From: Candidatus Bathyarchaeota archaeon
GTDB taxonomy: Archaea > Thermoproteota > Bathyarchaeia > Bathyarchaeales > Bathycorpusculaceae
Assembly (NCBI GenBank): GCA_963782525.1
Contig: CAWAKC010000007.1
Coordinates: 224,001 to 288,000, forward strand
Direction of reading: 5' to 3'
Length of the DNA stretch: 64,000 nt
The translations under genes and the position numbers were made by a program. The first letter of the stretch is position 1, and the number at the start of each line of letters is the position of its first letter. Shown here piece by piece: positions 40,536 to 50,374 of the stretch. Under the pieces are notes generated by a model. That model ran no database searches and was not told where the DNA came from. It worked only from the letters and a program-made list of their open reading frames with translations.

Positions 40536-41351
40536 ATGCCGGACAATAAAACAGAAAAAACCCAAAACAACAAAAACCAAGACGAAGAAATCGGCGTTTA
40601 CAGCGACCTATTTTCTGCAAAAACTAACGTTGAGGGACAGGATGGCGGAGTGGTTTCATCGCTTTTGGTTAGGGGTTTTGAGGAAGGATTGTTTGATGCG
40701 GCTATTGTCGTTCGCCGAGGAGTTGGATATAGCGCGGAAGCAGTCGTAGCCACGAACGCAAATGAAGTCTTGGCGGCGAAGGGAACCAAATACCTCAAAG
40801 TTAATGTCACAAAAAAACTGCGAGAACTAATCAGCCAAGGAAAAAAACGAATTGCGATAGTTTGTACACCCTGCGAAGCCAAAGCAGCAAGAAAGATCCA
40901 GCAAACCCTCAAAAACGTTTGCGAAATCACGATTATCGGGTTATTCTGTTTTGAAGCCTTCAATAGCACAAAAATAAAAGAAGAAGCGAAAACGCGGCTG
41001 GGAGTTGATTTAGATAGAGCTCAAAAAACTCAGGTTAGACAAGGCAAGTTCACAGCGTTTGCTGAAGGAAAAGAGTACAGTTGCAGAGTAAAAGACTTGG
41101 ACTCGGCGGCGGAAAAGGTTTGCAGTTACTGCATTGATTTTACCGCTCAGTTTGCGGATATCTCAGTCGGTTCAGTGGGCAGCAAAAAAGGATACTCAAC
41201 CGTAATTGTACGGTCAAAGGCTGGAGAAAAACTGATAAAAACCCTAGAGACAACCAAAGAAGTTGCTGATAAGGAAGAAATCGCTAGATTATCCAAGTTT
41301 AAGCGGGAACGAGCTGAAAAAAGCTTAGCTACCTTAGACAAAGCGAAATAA
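40536..41351 (+). CDS. Coenzyme F420 hydrogenase/dehydrogenase beta subunit (FrhB/FdhB-like)
   Basis: GQDGGVVS, GTKY, TPCE, IGLFCFEAF, CSYCIDFTAQFADISVGSVGS. Confidence 0.9.
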   Translation: MPDNKTEKTQNNKNQDEEIGVYSDLFSAKTNVEGQDGGVVSSLLVRGFEEGLFDAAIVVRRGVGYSAEAVVATNANEVLAAKGTKYLKVNVTKKLRELISQGKKRIAIVCTPCEAKAARKIQQTLKNVCEITIIGLFCFEAFNSTKIKEEAKTRLGVDLDRAQKTQVRQGKFTAFAEGKEYSCRVKDLDSAAEKVCSYCIDFTAQFADISVGSVGSKKGYSTVIVRSKAGEKLIKTLETTKEVADKEEIARLSKFKRERAEKSLATLDKAK

Positions 41352-41467
41352 TGCTTGTTTTCCAGTATACTGCATCATAAACCGTTAAACTGAAAAGCTC
41401 AATCCTGCGCATGCAAAAGCCTTTTTAACCCAAACATCTTACCCCTTTAACCTGAGATGAAATCTCC

Positions 41468-42193
41468 ATGAAAATACTAAACGAGTTTGTGCCAACACGT
41501 AAATTCTTAAAGCTAGCAGATGAACTCAAAGACTTAGTTGATGGATGGAACGTAACTGACAGCGCAGCAGGTTTCCCAGCCGCAAGCGGCGTAGTCGTAA
41601 GCTGCTTACTCAAAAATAAGTACCCAGAAAAATATGTCTGCCCAATCTTCATTTTACACTACAAAGGACCAGTTGAAGTTGGAGGCTTAGCCTTAGCGTC
41701 CGACATAATCGGCCTAGACGGCTTAGCAGTCACAATGGGAGACAAACCCAAGTACGGCGAACCTATAACAATGCTGCCTAGCTCTGAGGCTGCAAGAGAC
41801 TTCATACGCAATACAGTTAAAACCAAGAACCTAAAACTCGGCTGCCTAGTAACAGCAAGACGCACCATAGAAGAAACACTTTGTCGTGTACGCGAGCCAT
41901 GGGACTTCGTATACTTCATGCGACTACAGGACTCATCGTTCGAAGCACTCAAAGCAGTATCCGCAGAATGCAAAAAACTCAACAAACCACTCTTCGCATA
42001 CTTCCTAGTTGGAACAGCCAAAAACGTTGAAACCGTCAAAATGATCGGCTGGCCAACGGCTGCAACAATGGAAACAGTTGAAGAGAAAGCATCACAACTT
42101 GTCGGGTTAGTCGACGGCATCATCGCAACATGTGCAGGTGACGCTGAAGGCGACAAACTGATGCTACAGAAACTGCAGAAGTTCAGAAGCTAA
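41468..42193 (+). CDS. Short MetF/MTHFR-like TIM-barrel flavoprotein
   Basis: NEFVP, DGWNVTDSAAG and TMGDKPKYG resemble MetF motifs. Confidence 0.55.
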   Translation: MKILNEFVPTRKFLKLADELKDLVDGWNVTDSAAGFPAASGVVVSCLLKNKYPEKYVCPIFILHYKGPVEVGGLALASDIIGLDGLAVTMGDKPKYGEPITMLPSSEAARDFIRNTVKTKNLKLGCLVTARRTIEETLCRVREPWDFVYFMRLQDSSFEALKAVSAECKKLNKPLFAYFLVGTAKNVETVKMIGWPTAATMETVEEKASQLVGLVDGIIATCAGDAEGDKLMLQKLQKFRS

Positions 42194-42332
42194 ACGCCTA
42201 ATCATCGAGACCACTTTGGTCTCTCCCCAAATATTTAAAATCCAATCTTTTTAATTTTTTATGTTTTTCAACTTTCCGAGATAAATTTAAGTTCTATCGC
42301 TTGATAAGCAACTCCAAGAAGAGGCAAAAAGT

Positions 42333-43091
42333 GTGAACCCTGTCCAAGTATTCGCTGTAGAAAATTTACCGCTAATAAAACAAGGAGACAACCTGGGCAA
42401 ACTTATCGTTGAAGCTGCTAAAAACCAGAGCAACCCAATCCAGCCAAATGATGTCGTCGTGGTTACGCATGTGGTTGTTTCGAAATCGGAAGGAAACGTA
42501 ATCAACCTAGACCAGGTTAAGCCCTCAGAAAAAGCCAAGGAAATAGCACAAAAAACCAACAAGGACCCCGCCTTAGTCGAGGTCATCCTGCAGGAAACAA
42601 AGGATATCGTGCGTGTCGGTCAGAACAGCATAATAACTGAAACCGTAAGCGGCATAATCTGTGCTAATGCCGGCGTTGACCGTTCCAACGTTTCAGGCGA
42701 CAGAAACGTTGTGCCTCTACCAAAGAACCCGAATGCCTCAGCAGAAGGCATCAGAAAAGTAATTAAACGCTTAACAGGCGTTAATGTTGCGGTTATTGTT
42801 TCCGACACACATGGCAGACCGTTTAGGCTAGGCGAAATTAATGTAGCAGTTGGCGTGGCTGGGTTCAAGCCGATAAGAGATAGGAGGGGCGAAAAAGACC
42901 TCTTTGGCTACACGCTGAGGATAAAGCAGACTGCCATCGCCGATGAGCTTGCTTCAGCTGCTGAACTTGTAATCGGGCAAGCCAACGAGGGCATCCCAGT
43001 TGCCATCATACGTGGATACAACTATCAAACCGACGAAAACGCGGGTGCCACTTCGCTAACCAGAGCTAAAGAGAGAGACCTCTTCAGGTAG
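42333..43091 (+). CDS. cofE: Coenzyme F420-0:L-glutamate ligase
   Basis: PLIKQGD, VVSKSEG, CANAGVDRSN, DTHGRPFR, ADELASAAELV, DLFR. Confidence 0.93.
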   Translation: MNPVQVFAVENLPLIKQGDNLGKLIVEAAKNQSNPIQPNDVVVVTHVVVSKSEGNVINLDQVKPSEKAKEIAQKTNKDPALVEVILQETKDIVRVGQNSIITETVSGIICANAGVDRSNVSGDRNVVPLPKNPNASAEGIRKVIKRLTGVNVAVIVSDTHGRPFRLGEINVAVGVAGFKPIRDRRGEKDLFGYTLRIKQTAIADELASAAELVIGQANEGIPVAIIRGYNYQTDENAGATSLTRAKERDLFR

Positions 43092-43154
43092 ATAATTCCC
43101 AAACCTTCAATAACTCAACCGTGTAAAATAGCTGAAACCCAGCAGGCTGAAACA

Positions 43155-43484
43155 ATGGAAACAAACACACCCAAAGAATTCTTCGACACAACCCTACCGG
43201 CGAGGTTTAAACCTGAAAAAGCCAAAGGTATCGACGTCACCGCACAAATAAACATAACTGGGATTGAAGGCGGCAACTGGACAGTCACTATTAAAGACCA
43301 AAAACTTTTGGTAGAAGAAGGAACTCATGCATCTCCGAGTTTAACTTTGAAGATGAACGAAAACGATTTTTTAGACTTGGTTAATGGAAAGTTAAGTGCT
43401 GAAAAAGCCTTCTTTACAGGCAGAGTACATTTCAAGGGCGACATAGGCTTAGCACTCAAACTGCGGGATGCCGGCTTCTTATAA
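43155..43484 (+). CDS. SCP2 sterol/lipid-binding domain protein
   Basis: GGNWTVTIKD...AFFTGRVHFKGDIGLALKL. Confidence 0.88.
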   Translation: METNTPKEFFDTTLPARFKPEKAKGIDVTAQINITGIEGGNWTVTIKDQKLLVEEGTHASPSLTLKMNENDFLDLVNGKLSAEKAFFTGRVHFKGDIGLALKLRDAGFL

Positions 43485-44022
43485 ACCGAGTTTTTTAACC
43501 ACTTCAACGGGCAAGTCTTCTTCTCCTACTTTGAAAGTTTGGGGCTCATCAATTTTCATAAGCTCAAGAAGCTCAACTGCAGAGAGCTCTCCGATGAGGC
43601 GCATTATTTCTTTTTTGGCTACCGCTGTAGTGTTCTTTGAAAGCATATTTATTCTTGTACAACTCGCCCGCATAGGCGCAGATTTCGGATTTCTTCAAGA
43701 AATATTGGACTTTTTTTGTTTTGAAGTTTACGTCGAAGGTTATTGGTCCTGCGCGACAAGTTTCAGGCTTAACCTGATGCACGAAGCACCGTTTGGTTTC
43801 TTTGCTGTTGAAAACGCAGAGAACCTGTTCATCCACTGAAGGGTAGGAATAACTCTCTTTTGTGAATGGTTTATCAACTTTGATTTTTTGCTTGTTGAGG
43901 TATTCTTTTATGATTTTTTTTCGGCTCTCGCTTAACGGTGGTTTTGCGTCTTGGCAGCAAATAATCTTGCATTCACTGCACACATCATATGAGTAGGTGG
44001 TTCCTTTGTTGTCTTCAGGCAC
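43479..44022 (-). pseudogene. YkgJ/CxxCxxCC Fe-S cluster protein, frameshifted near 43630
   Basis: CSECKIICC, CVF, CFVHQVKPETCRAGP; a protein-like C-terminus (AVAKKEI...IDEPQTFKV) lies in the other frame. Confidence 0.7.
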
Positions 44023-44038
44023 AGTGATTCACCTGTTT

Positions 44039-45304
44039 TTAGAGGTAGGGTTGATTATCGGCTAGGCTCTTAATAAGAGTTGAATATACATCGACGATTG
44101 CCTCATGGAAATCTGTTTTTTCTGCGCGTCTTTGAACGTTTGCGCGTATGCGTTCTGAGAGGCAGCCTTCGTCTATGCGCTTCTTTTCAAGCCAGAGGTA
44201 TTTTTTCTCGTCTTCATCTGCATGTTCCTGAGCTAATTTAAAGTAGTGTTGGCATACCTGCCGAGCCGTTTTGCCATGGGGGCTATAGACGGCTGCGTTT
44301 AACCCATTCACAATGATTGCGTTGAAGTCCTTGACTAAAAGCTCATGGGGCAAAAGAGCGATGCTTGAAGCGATCATACCTCTAAGAGCAGCACGCACAA
44401 AACAGGCAAGCGCCACATCCGACTTGACGCATTCCTGCTCATCCATAACCCGCACTTCTAGGGCACAACGGTCAAAACGGAAAATCACACCTCTCGAATT
44501 CACCCATTCCCGATTCAGCAATGTTTTGTCTGCTCCCGCACTCTCTAAATCTTGTGAATACCTTCCAATAACATTCTGCGTGTATTGGCTTAGCGACGTT
44601 GCATACTCAGGGATTACATCTCCAGTTATTGAGGGCACTTCCTTTTGGTTAGCCTTATAGAATTGAAGCCTATTGTCAACATCCGGACCTTCTTTGCCTT
44701 CAAAAATTGGGGACGAAGCTGCGATTGCGGGCAGGTAGGTGCAGAGGTTGACAAGTTGGTTGTGGGTTTGGATGGCGTCGGGTTCTTTTTGGTAGGGCAG
44801 ATTGAGATGGAAGCTTTGGATGTTTAGCCATCCATGCTGGTTTAGGTTGAAGATTTTGCCGTATTGCTGGTAGATTCTTTTGTGGTAATGGGGCCACACT
44901 TTGGTGTCTTGCAATTTGAGGAAAGGATGCATACCTGTTCCGAGTAGGCGGGCGCCGTGTTTGTGAACAATTTGGTTTAACGTTGTGACGGCGGTTTGCA
45001 TGGTTTCCTCGAATTCAACGGGCGACTTGAAGGGCTGGTTGGCTTTGATTTCCATAACATGCAGTTGCAGTTCTTTGCCGAACGTAAACTTGGGCATTTC
45101 AATGAAATTTATGATTTTTCCACAGGTTGCTTTGATGATTTTGTCGCTGATTGGCAAAACTTGGAGGTCTTGACCAACCAATGAGTATTCATGCTCTGGA
45201 CCGAGAACTTCTAACGGTTTATACGTTGTTTTTGCCCCTTTTTTTCGTTTAGCGTTAACTTGGAATGCTCTTATAGGTATAGTTAATTTTAAATATAACT
45301 GCAC
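44039..45304 (-). CDS. Glutamate--cysteine ligase family 2 (GCS2) carboxylate-amine ligase
   Basis: GPEHEY, ELQLHVME, GTGMHP, HGWLNIQSFHLN, ASSP, NSRG..RFDR..EVRVMD. Confidence 0.9.
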   Translation of the reverse strand: MQLYLKLTIPIRAFQVNAKRKKGAKTTYKPLEVLGPEHEYSLVGQDLQVLPISDKIIKATCGKIINFIEMPKFTFGKELQLHVMEIKANQPFKSPVEFEETMQTAVTTLNQIVHKHGARLLGTGMHPFLKLQDTKVWPHYHKRIYQQYGKIFNLNQHGWLNIQSFHLNLPYQKEPDAIQTHNQLVNLCTYLPAIAASSPIFEGKEGPDVDNRLQFYKANQKEVPSITGDVIPEYATSLSQYTQNVIGRYSQDLESAGADKTLLNREWVNSRGVIFRFDRCALEVRVMDEQECVKSDVALACFVRAALRGMIASSIALLPHELLVKDFNAIIVNGLNAAVYSPHGKTARQVCQHYFKLAQEHADEDEKKYLWLEKKRIDEGCLSERIRANVQRRAEKTDFHEAIVDVYSTLIKSLADNQPYL

Positions 45305-45327
45305 GAATAACGCCTTCTAATTACCTG

Positions 45328-46035
45328 GTGTCAAATGAAGTGTTGGTCGTCTCTAACATCGACCTTAAAGATGATTTACAGACGTTAAAACCGTCACAGT
45401 TTCTTGAATCATCGATTAAAGACACCACTATCAACATAAATTATGAGTACCGCTACCTCAAGACTGGCTACTATGTGTCTTTGCACGCGGAAGTTTTGGG
45501 AAACAACGTTATTCCCTCATGCGAGAACATAATCGACTCAAGCAGAACCCCAATTCTACTTTTGCGCGCGACAAGAGCAAAAATTCCCACCGCACCATTC
45601 CTCGTTACCGATTCGGTTACGAAAATAATGGCTGAGCTCAAGCTGCCCGTCGTAGTTTTTGCGGTTAACCCCTTCATCTACGAAGGCTACCAAGTAGCAA
45701 AAAACAAGAGCGCCTTGTACCGAGCCATGAAAAGTTTAGGAATGAACTACAAATTCACCGTTTGTGCACAGCCGCTGATGGGTGAAATGTTCACGGTCAA
45801 ATCTTTCTTGGGAAAAAGCCAAATTGAAGATGAACAAATTAGCGCTATCACGGAAAAGGTTTATGAACTCTTCAAGATTCCAATCTGCAAAGTACACGTT
45901 CAGAAAGCAGAGGGAAAAGCTTTCCTGTGTGGTCTTGAACCTTTGAAAGAAAAAGAACTGTCTAAAAAGGATAGGGAGTTAATCTCGAAGGAGATTATGC
46001 TGATTTCTCAGCAGGGTGAACACATCGGTGTCTAA
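45328..46035 (+). CDS. RLAN (RimK-like ATP-grasp N-terminal) domain protein
   Basis: ININYEYRYLKTGYYVSLHAE..GNNVIPS. Confidence 0.85.
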   Translation: MSNEVLVVSNIDLKDDLQTLKPSQFLESSIKDTTININYEYRYLKTGYYVSLHAEVLGNNVIPSCENIIDSSRTPILLLRATRAKIPTAPFLVTDSVTKIMAELKLPVVVFAVNPFIYEGYQVAKNKSALYRAMKSLGMNYKFTVCAQPLMGEMFTVKSFLGKSQIEDEQISAITEKVYELFKIPICKVHVQKAEGKAFLCGLEPLKEKELSKKDRELISKEIMLISQQGEHIGV

Positions 46036-46906
46036 GATCGCTTGCTTTGTCGAGAAATATAATTTTACTGACCCCCGAGAGGAAGGCGCCCTTCAAAACT
46101 TCAAGCGTGCAGCCGAAGGGTCGGGGCACGAGTTTAGTTTTCTTTTCCGAGAAAACATCGAAGACATACCCAACTACGACGCCGTTTTCATCAGAGCAAC
46201 AACTGACCCGTTGTTCACCTCGTATATTGTCTCTAAAACGGCTTGGGAACTGGGCTTAAAAGTCGTCGACGACCCTGAATCCATCAAAATCTGCGGCAAC
46301 AAAATCCACCAATACGCCTTATTCGAAAAGTATAATGTCCCACGCATTCCCACAGTTTTCCTAAACAAAGATGAGCTGCACCACAAAAAAATCACCGAAA
46401 TCTTCGACGAACTCGGCAAACCCGTCGTCATTAAAGCGCCTTACACGAGTTTTTCGCGATACGTTGAGAAGGCCGCTTGCGAAACAAGCTTTCGAGAAGT
46501 TGCCAAACGATTCTTCAAAAAATCCGATGTCCTCGCCATCCAAAAGTTTACCCCAACGGGATTCGACTGGAGAGTCGGCGTACTAAACAATGATATCCTA
46601 TACGTTTGTAAGTACATGATTCCCAAGGGCAAATGGAAACATGGCGCCAAACTCCGCGGCAAACCAACGGTGATCTGGGGCAGAACCGTCAGCTCTGAAA
46701 AAAGGGATATGCCTGCGCGGCTTCGAGAAGTTGCGCTCAAAGCCTGTAGCGTGGCGGGTAAAGGACTCTACGGCGTGGACATCAAAGAAGTCAACGGCGA
46801 CTATGTGGTCGTGGAAATCAACGATAACCCAAGCATCTACGCAGGCTACGAAGACTCAATGGATAAAGATATCTACCAACGTATCATCAACTACCTCTCC
46901 GAGTAG
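46016..46906 (+). CDS. RimK-family ATP-grasp ligase
   Basis: YDAVFIRATT, DDPESI..CGNK, PVVIKAP, FDWRVGVL, YGVDIK, EINDNPS. Confidence 0.9.
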   Translation: MNTSVSKIACFVEKYNFTDPREEGALQNFKRAAEGSGHEFSFLFRENIEDIPNYDAVFIRATTDPLFTSYIVSKTAWELGLKVVDDPESIKICGNKIHQYALFEKYNVPRIPTVFLNKDELHHKKITEIFDELGKPVVIKAPYTSFSRYVEKAACETSFREVAKRFFKKSDVLAIQKFTPTGFDWRVGVLNNDILYVCKYMIPKGKWKHGAKLRGKPTVIWGRTVSSEKRDMPARLREVALKACSVAGKGLYGVDIKEVNGDYVVVEINDNPSIYAGYEDSMDKDIYQRIINYLSE

Positions 46907-46972
46907 TGCGGCGTTTTCGACACCTATTTATTAGAACAAACATTTATCCCATGTACACAGGAGACATTTCGC

Positions 46973-47932
46973 TTGCCCAAAGAATCACCTAAAATCGCCG
47001 TGAAAGATTACGAACTTACGGAGAAAATGTCGGTTGACGAGCTTGTTGACCAGATGGATGCTGCGTGGGGGTTCACCGCGGGCAAGCTTGCCACAGGTGT
47101 TAGCATTATGGAATCGATGATTAACGCCAAGGGCTGCGTCAAATTCCTCTCTTTCCCCGCCGACATCGTTGCCACTGGCACACGAGGCGTCGTCCGCGAA
47201 CTGGTTAAACGCAAACTCGTCGACGTCCTAATCACTACATGTGGAACCCTTGACCACGATGTGGCACGCTGCTGGAAAGACTACTACAAAGGCAGCTTCA
47301 TTATGAACGACAGCAAACTCCACCAAGAAGGCCTAAACCGCCTCGGCAACGTCCTAGTTCCAAACGACAGCTACGGTATAATAATCGAGAAAAAAATCCT
47401 TCCAATGCTCGAAACCCTGTACAAAGAAGGCAAAAAAGAACTCTCCACCACCGAACTCTGCCGAGAAATCGGACTACGATGCTGCAACGAGTCTTCAATT
47501 CTGTATTGGGCAGCCAAAAACAACATCCCAGTCTTCATCCCAGGCATAACAGACGGTTCTGTCGGCTACCAACTCTGGTTCTTCAGTCAAGACCACAAAG
47601 ACTTCAGAATCAACCTGTTGAAGGATGAAGGAGACCTAAACAACATCGTCTTCGACGCCAAAAAATCAGGTGCCCTCATAGTAGGCGGCGGTATATCTAA
47701 ACACCACACGATTTGGTGGAACCAATTCAAAGACGGCTTAGACTACGTCGTATACATCTCAACGGCAGACGAATGGGATGGTAGCCTCAGCGGCGCACGC
47801 CCAAGAGAAGCAGTTTCATGGGGAAAAATCAGCGAAAAAGCCAAACGCATCATGATAGAAGGCGACGCAACAGTAATAATGCCCATAATGGCAAGCTCGC
47901 TTCTGACTCGTTTGAACAATAAGAAAAAATAA
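46973..47932 (+). CDS. dys: Deoxyhypusine synthase (canonical archaeal type)
   Basis: NRLGN, TDGSVG, GGGISKHH, DGSLSGARPREAVSWGK. Confidence 0.92.
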   Translation: MPKESPKIAVKDYELTEKMSVDELVDQMDAAWGFTAGKLATGVSIMESMINAKGCVKFLSFPADIVATGTRGVVRELVKRKLVDVLITTCGTLDHDVARCWKDYYKGSFIMNDSKLHQEGLNRLGNVLVPNDSYGIIIEKKILPMLETLYKEGKKELSTTELCREIGLRCCNESSILYWAAKNNIPVFIPGITDGSVGYQLWFFSQDHKDFRINLLKDEGDLNNIVFDAKKSGALIVGGGISKHHTIWWNQFKDGLDYVVYISTADEWDGSLSGARPREAVSWGKISEKAKRIMIEGDATVIMPIMASSLLTRLNNKKK

Positions 47933-47952
47933 AAAAACTAAAAATTGGGCGT

Positions 47953-49023
47953 CTATTGCACGCCTTTGAATAGCCAGCTCATGTCTGGTCCTTTCCGCTT
48001 TTCTGGTACCCTTTCAGCGAGTGCATGGCATATGAGTGGCAACGCAATCGTCGCGTCGCAGTAGCAAACTGCTCTGGTTCCGGTTTGGCTGTTGATTTTG
48101 CCCCAGCTGATTGCCTCTTCGAGAGTGCAACCGCTTAAGCCGCCCCATTGTGGACTGTCAGTGGTGATTTGAATGGCATATTTGTGGGGGTAGTAATATT
48201 CTTGTAGAGATTTACGTAAACCACCTTTTCTGCCTTTGACGCCTTTGTCTTCAGTCATTGGAGAAACGGAGATGGCTATGAGTTGGGTGAGGTCTTTTGG
48301 GACGCCACCGCCTATGTAGACGACGCCGACTTCCTTGGTTTTTGTGCCGATGCTAACAAACTGATCAAATTCTTTGACCGAGTCGATGTGGACGTTGTGT
48401 CCCTGGTTTTTGGCTAAGAGGAAAGTTTCACCGTAGGCGCTGTCAACCATGGCTGGACTAAAGATTGGAACGCCATTGGCTGCGGCAACTGCGGAGATGG
48501 CGGGAATTTTTTTCTTGCCCAAATATTTGCCTAAGAGGTAGAGGAATTCTGCTGAGGTGTAATTGTAGTCTTGTTTGCAGGTCATAACGAAGTCTGTGAC
48601 AAGGGTTTCCATTTCGCGGTAATCGGTTTCTTTTCCGTAGACATCGTAGTATCGGTTGACGTCATCGTGGAGCAATTGCTCATCGTTTACCATATGGTTG
48701 CCTTGATAGTAGCCCAAACCCATAGCGTCAACGATGTCTTCGCTAACGTTTGCGCCCGTGGAAACGAGCACATCAATAAAACGGTTTTCCATAAGCCAAT
48801 TAACAATCGTCCATTGACCAGCTGTACTCATGGAACCTGCAAACCCCATGGCGATCACAGTGTCTTTTGAATTAATCATGTTTTCCCAGACGTCAACTGC
48901 TTCGCCAAGTTTGCGTCCTTGATAGGCGGTTTTGCCCATTTCTTTTAAAAGTTGCGAGATTGGTTTTTGTTTAGTAACTTTGATTGGTTCAAGTTTCTTA
49001 CTGAAATATGAATCATTACTCAT
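47953..49023 (-). CDS. Second DHS-family enzyme (homospermidine synthase/SpeY-like)
   Basis: STGAN, NRYYDV, GGGVPKD, DSPQWGGLSGCTLEEAISWGK, CDATIALP. Confidence 0.85.
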   Translation of the reverse strand: MSNDSYFSKKLEPIKVTKQKPISQLLKEMGKTAYQGRKLGEAVDVWENMINSKDTVIAMGFAGSMSTAGQWTIVNWLMENRFIDVLVSTGANVSEDIVDAMGLGYYQGNHMVNDEQLLHDDVNRYYDVYGKETDYREMETLVTDFVMTCKQDYNYTSAEFLYLLGKYLGKKKIPAISAVAAANGVPIFSPAMVDSAYGETFLLAKNQGHNVHIDSVKEFDQFVSIGTKTKEVGVVYIGGGVPKDLTQLIAISVSPMTEDKGVKGRKGGLRKSLQEYYYPHKYAIQITTDSPQWGGLSGCTLEEAISWGKINSQTGTRAVCYCDATIALPLICHALAERVPEKRKGPDMSWLFKGVQ

Positions 49024-49109
49024 TAGGATGCACCGCGTTCTACATTATTAGGGTTGTATATGAAATTTGTTATTATATGCAAAGCTTACATGTATGGGAT
49101 AAATGGGTA

Positions 49110-49799
49110 TTAGCTCTTAATTTTTAGCCAAACGCTTCTTTTAACAAAAATAAACGAAGTAACACCTGTAATAAAAGCTGAGGCAGTAACGATGAGGTTG
49201 GCAGTAGTGGCGGATGCTGGGTTAAAAAACATGGCTAAAGAGATTGCAACAAAAATGTAAAAGGTGATTGCTCCAGTTATTATATGGACAACGGAGACGA
49301 GTTTTCCGCCCTGCCCAACCTTCTCCTTAAGCCAGTTTAAGGAAGACTCAACTTTTCCATGAACATCCGGCAGGTCATCTAAAACCAAAGCCAATCCACC
49401 AAGCAAGAGAACCCTACCAGCATTTACGTCTATACGTGTACTATTTACGAAAAAGATGTTTGGCAGATAAACAGGTGTAAAGAAAACAATGTAGAGGGAG
49501 GAAAAAATCAAAACCAGAAAACCGTAAAAATAATGGTGAAAAAACAACCTGCCCGTATGCAGGGAACGGCCAAGTCCAGCGCTTGGAAAAATGTTAATCA
49601 CCGCTGTTGCAATTAGCACCCAAAAAAAGGCGGCGCTGAAAAGGTAGGGTGCAAACGGCTGCCAATTGTGGTATCGCCAGTAGAAGCCAGATAAGATTCC
49701 TGCCGCGCAGCCTATTGAGACGAGGGCATTGAAGACTAGGGTTACGCTGAATATTTTTTTGCATATGACCCAACAATGCGCAACTTTTGGATTCGTCAT
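49110..49799 (-). CDS. Multi-pass membrane protein
   Basis: About six hydrophobic segments; HHYFYG and LDDLPD motifs. Confidence 0.75.
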   Translation of the reverse strand: MTNPKVAHCWVICKKIFSVTLVFNALVSIGCAAGILSGFYWRYHNWQPFAPYLFSAAFFWVLIATAVINIFPSAGLGRSLHTGRLFFHHYFYGFLVLIFSSLYIVFFTPVYLPNIFFVNSTRIDVNAGRVLLLGGLALVLDDLPDVHGKVESSLNWLKEKVGQGGKLVSVVHIITGAITFYIFVAISLAMFFNPASATTANLIVTASAFITGVTSFIFVKRSVWLKIKS

Positions 49800-50021
49800 C
49801 GAAACTATTCCCTCTGCCCCTTGTGAAGAAATTACAATTTAATGAATCTGAGTTGTTTTTGAAGGTTACGGCAAAAAGGGATTAAACAAGTGACTAAGCC
49901 ATGTTGCTTTAACTTAGATTGCATAGTTCTAAACACCATAAGGGGTAGATTTCTTCAGAAAACATGAAAAGCATAACTTAAAAAGTAACACGCCATAACA
50001 GATGAAGCTTGGTGTCACCCC

Positions 50022-50303
50022 TTGAAAAACTCTAAAATCATAAGCAAATTAGCCCGTTACTTCTCAATCGTATCCTTTGTTTTCGTCATTTTATCCGCAA
50101 TCATAACATTTTATCTTTTACAAATTGGAAGCCCCACCGCACCAATCGAATACGTTGTGTTTGTTATTTTATCAAGTATAGTTCCATACCTGTTCATAGC
50201 GGTGCTTTCATTGGTAATTGCCATTTTGGCGGGTGGAATGAAAACAGATAGCTCAGAAAAAGAGGCGCAATCTCCAGCCCAGCCTGAAGCGGTTAACGCC
50301 TAA
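50022..50303 (+). CDS. Small 2-TM membrane protein
   Basis: Two hydrophobic helices. Confidence 0.65.
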   Translation: MKNSKIISKLARYFSIVSFVFVILSAIITFYLLQIGSPTAPIEYVVFVILSSIVPYLFIAVLSLVIAILAGGMKTDSSEKEAQSPAQPEAVNA

Positions 50304-50374
50304 TTATTTTCTTTTGGAACTAATTCTAGAAAACACAAAAAAGGGAAAAAAGACCTAAATTCCCTCGCCAACAC

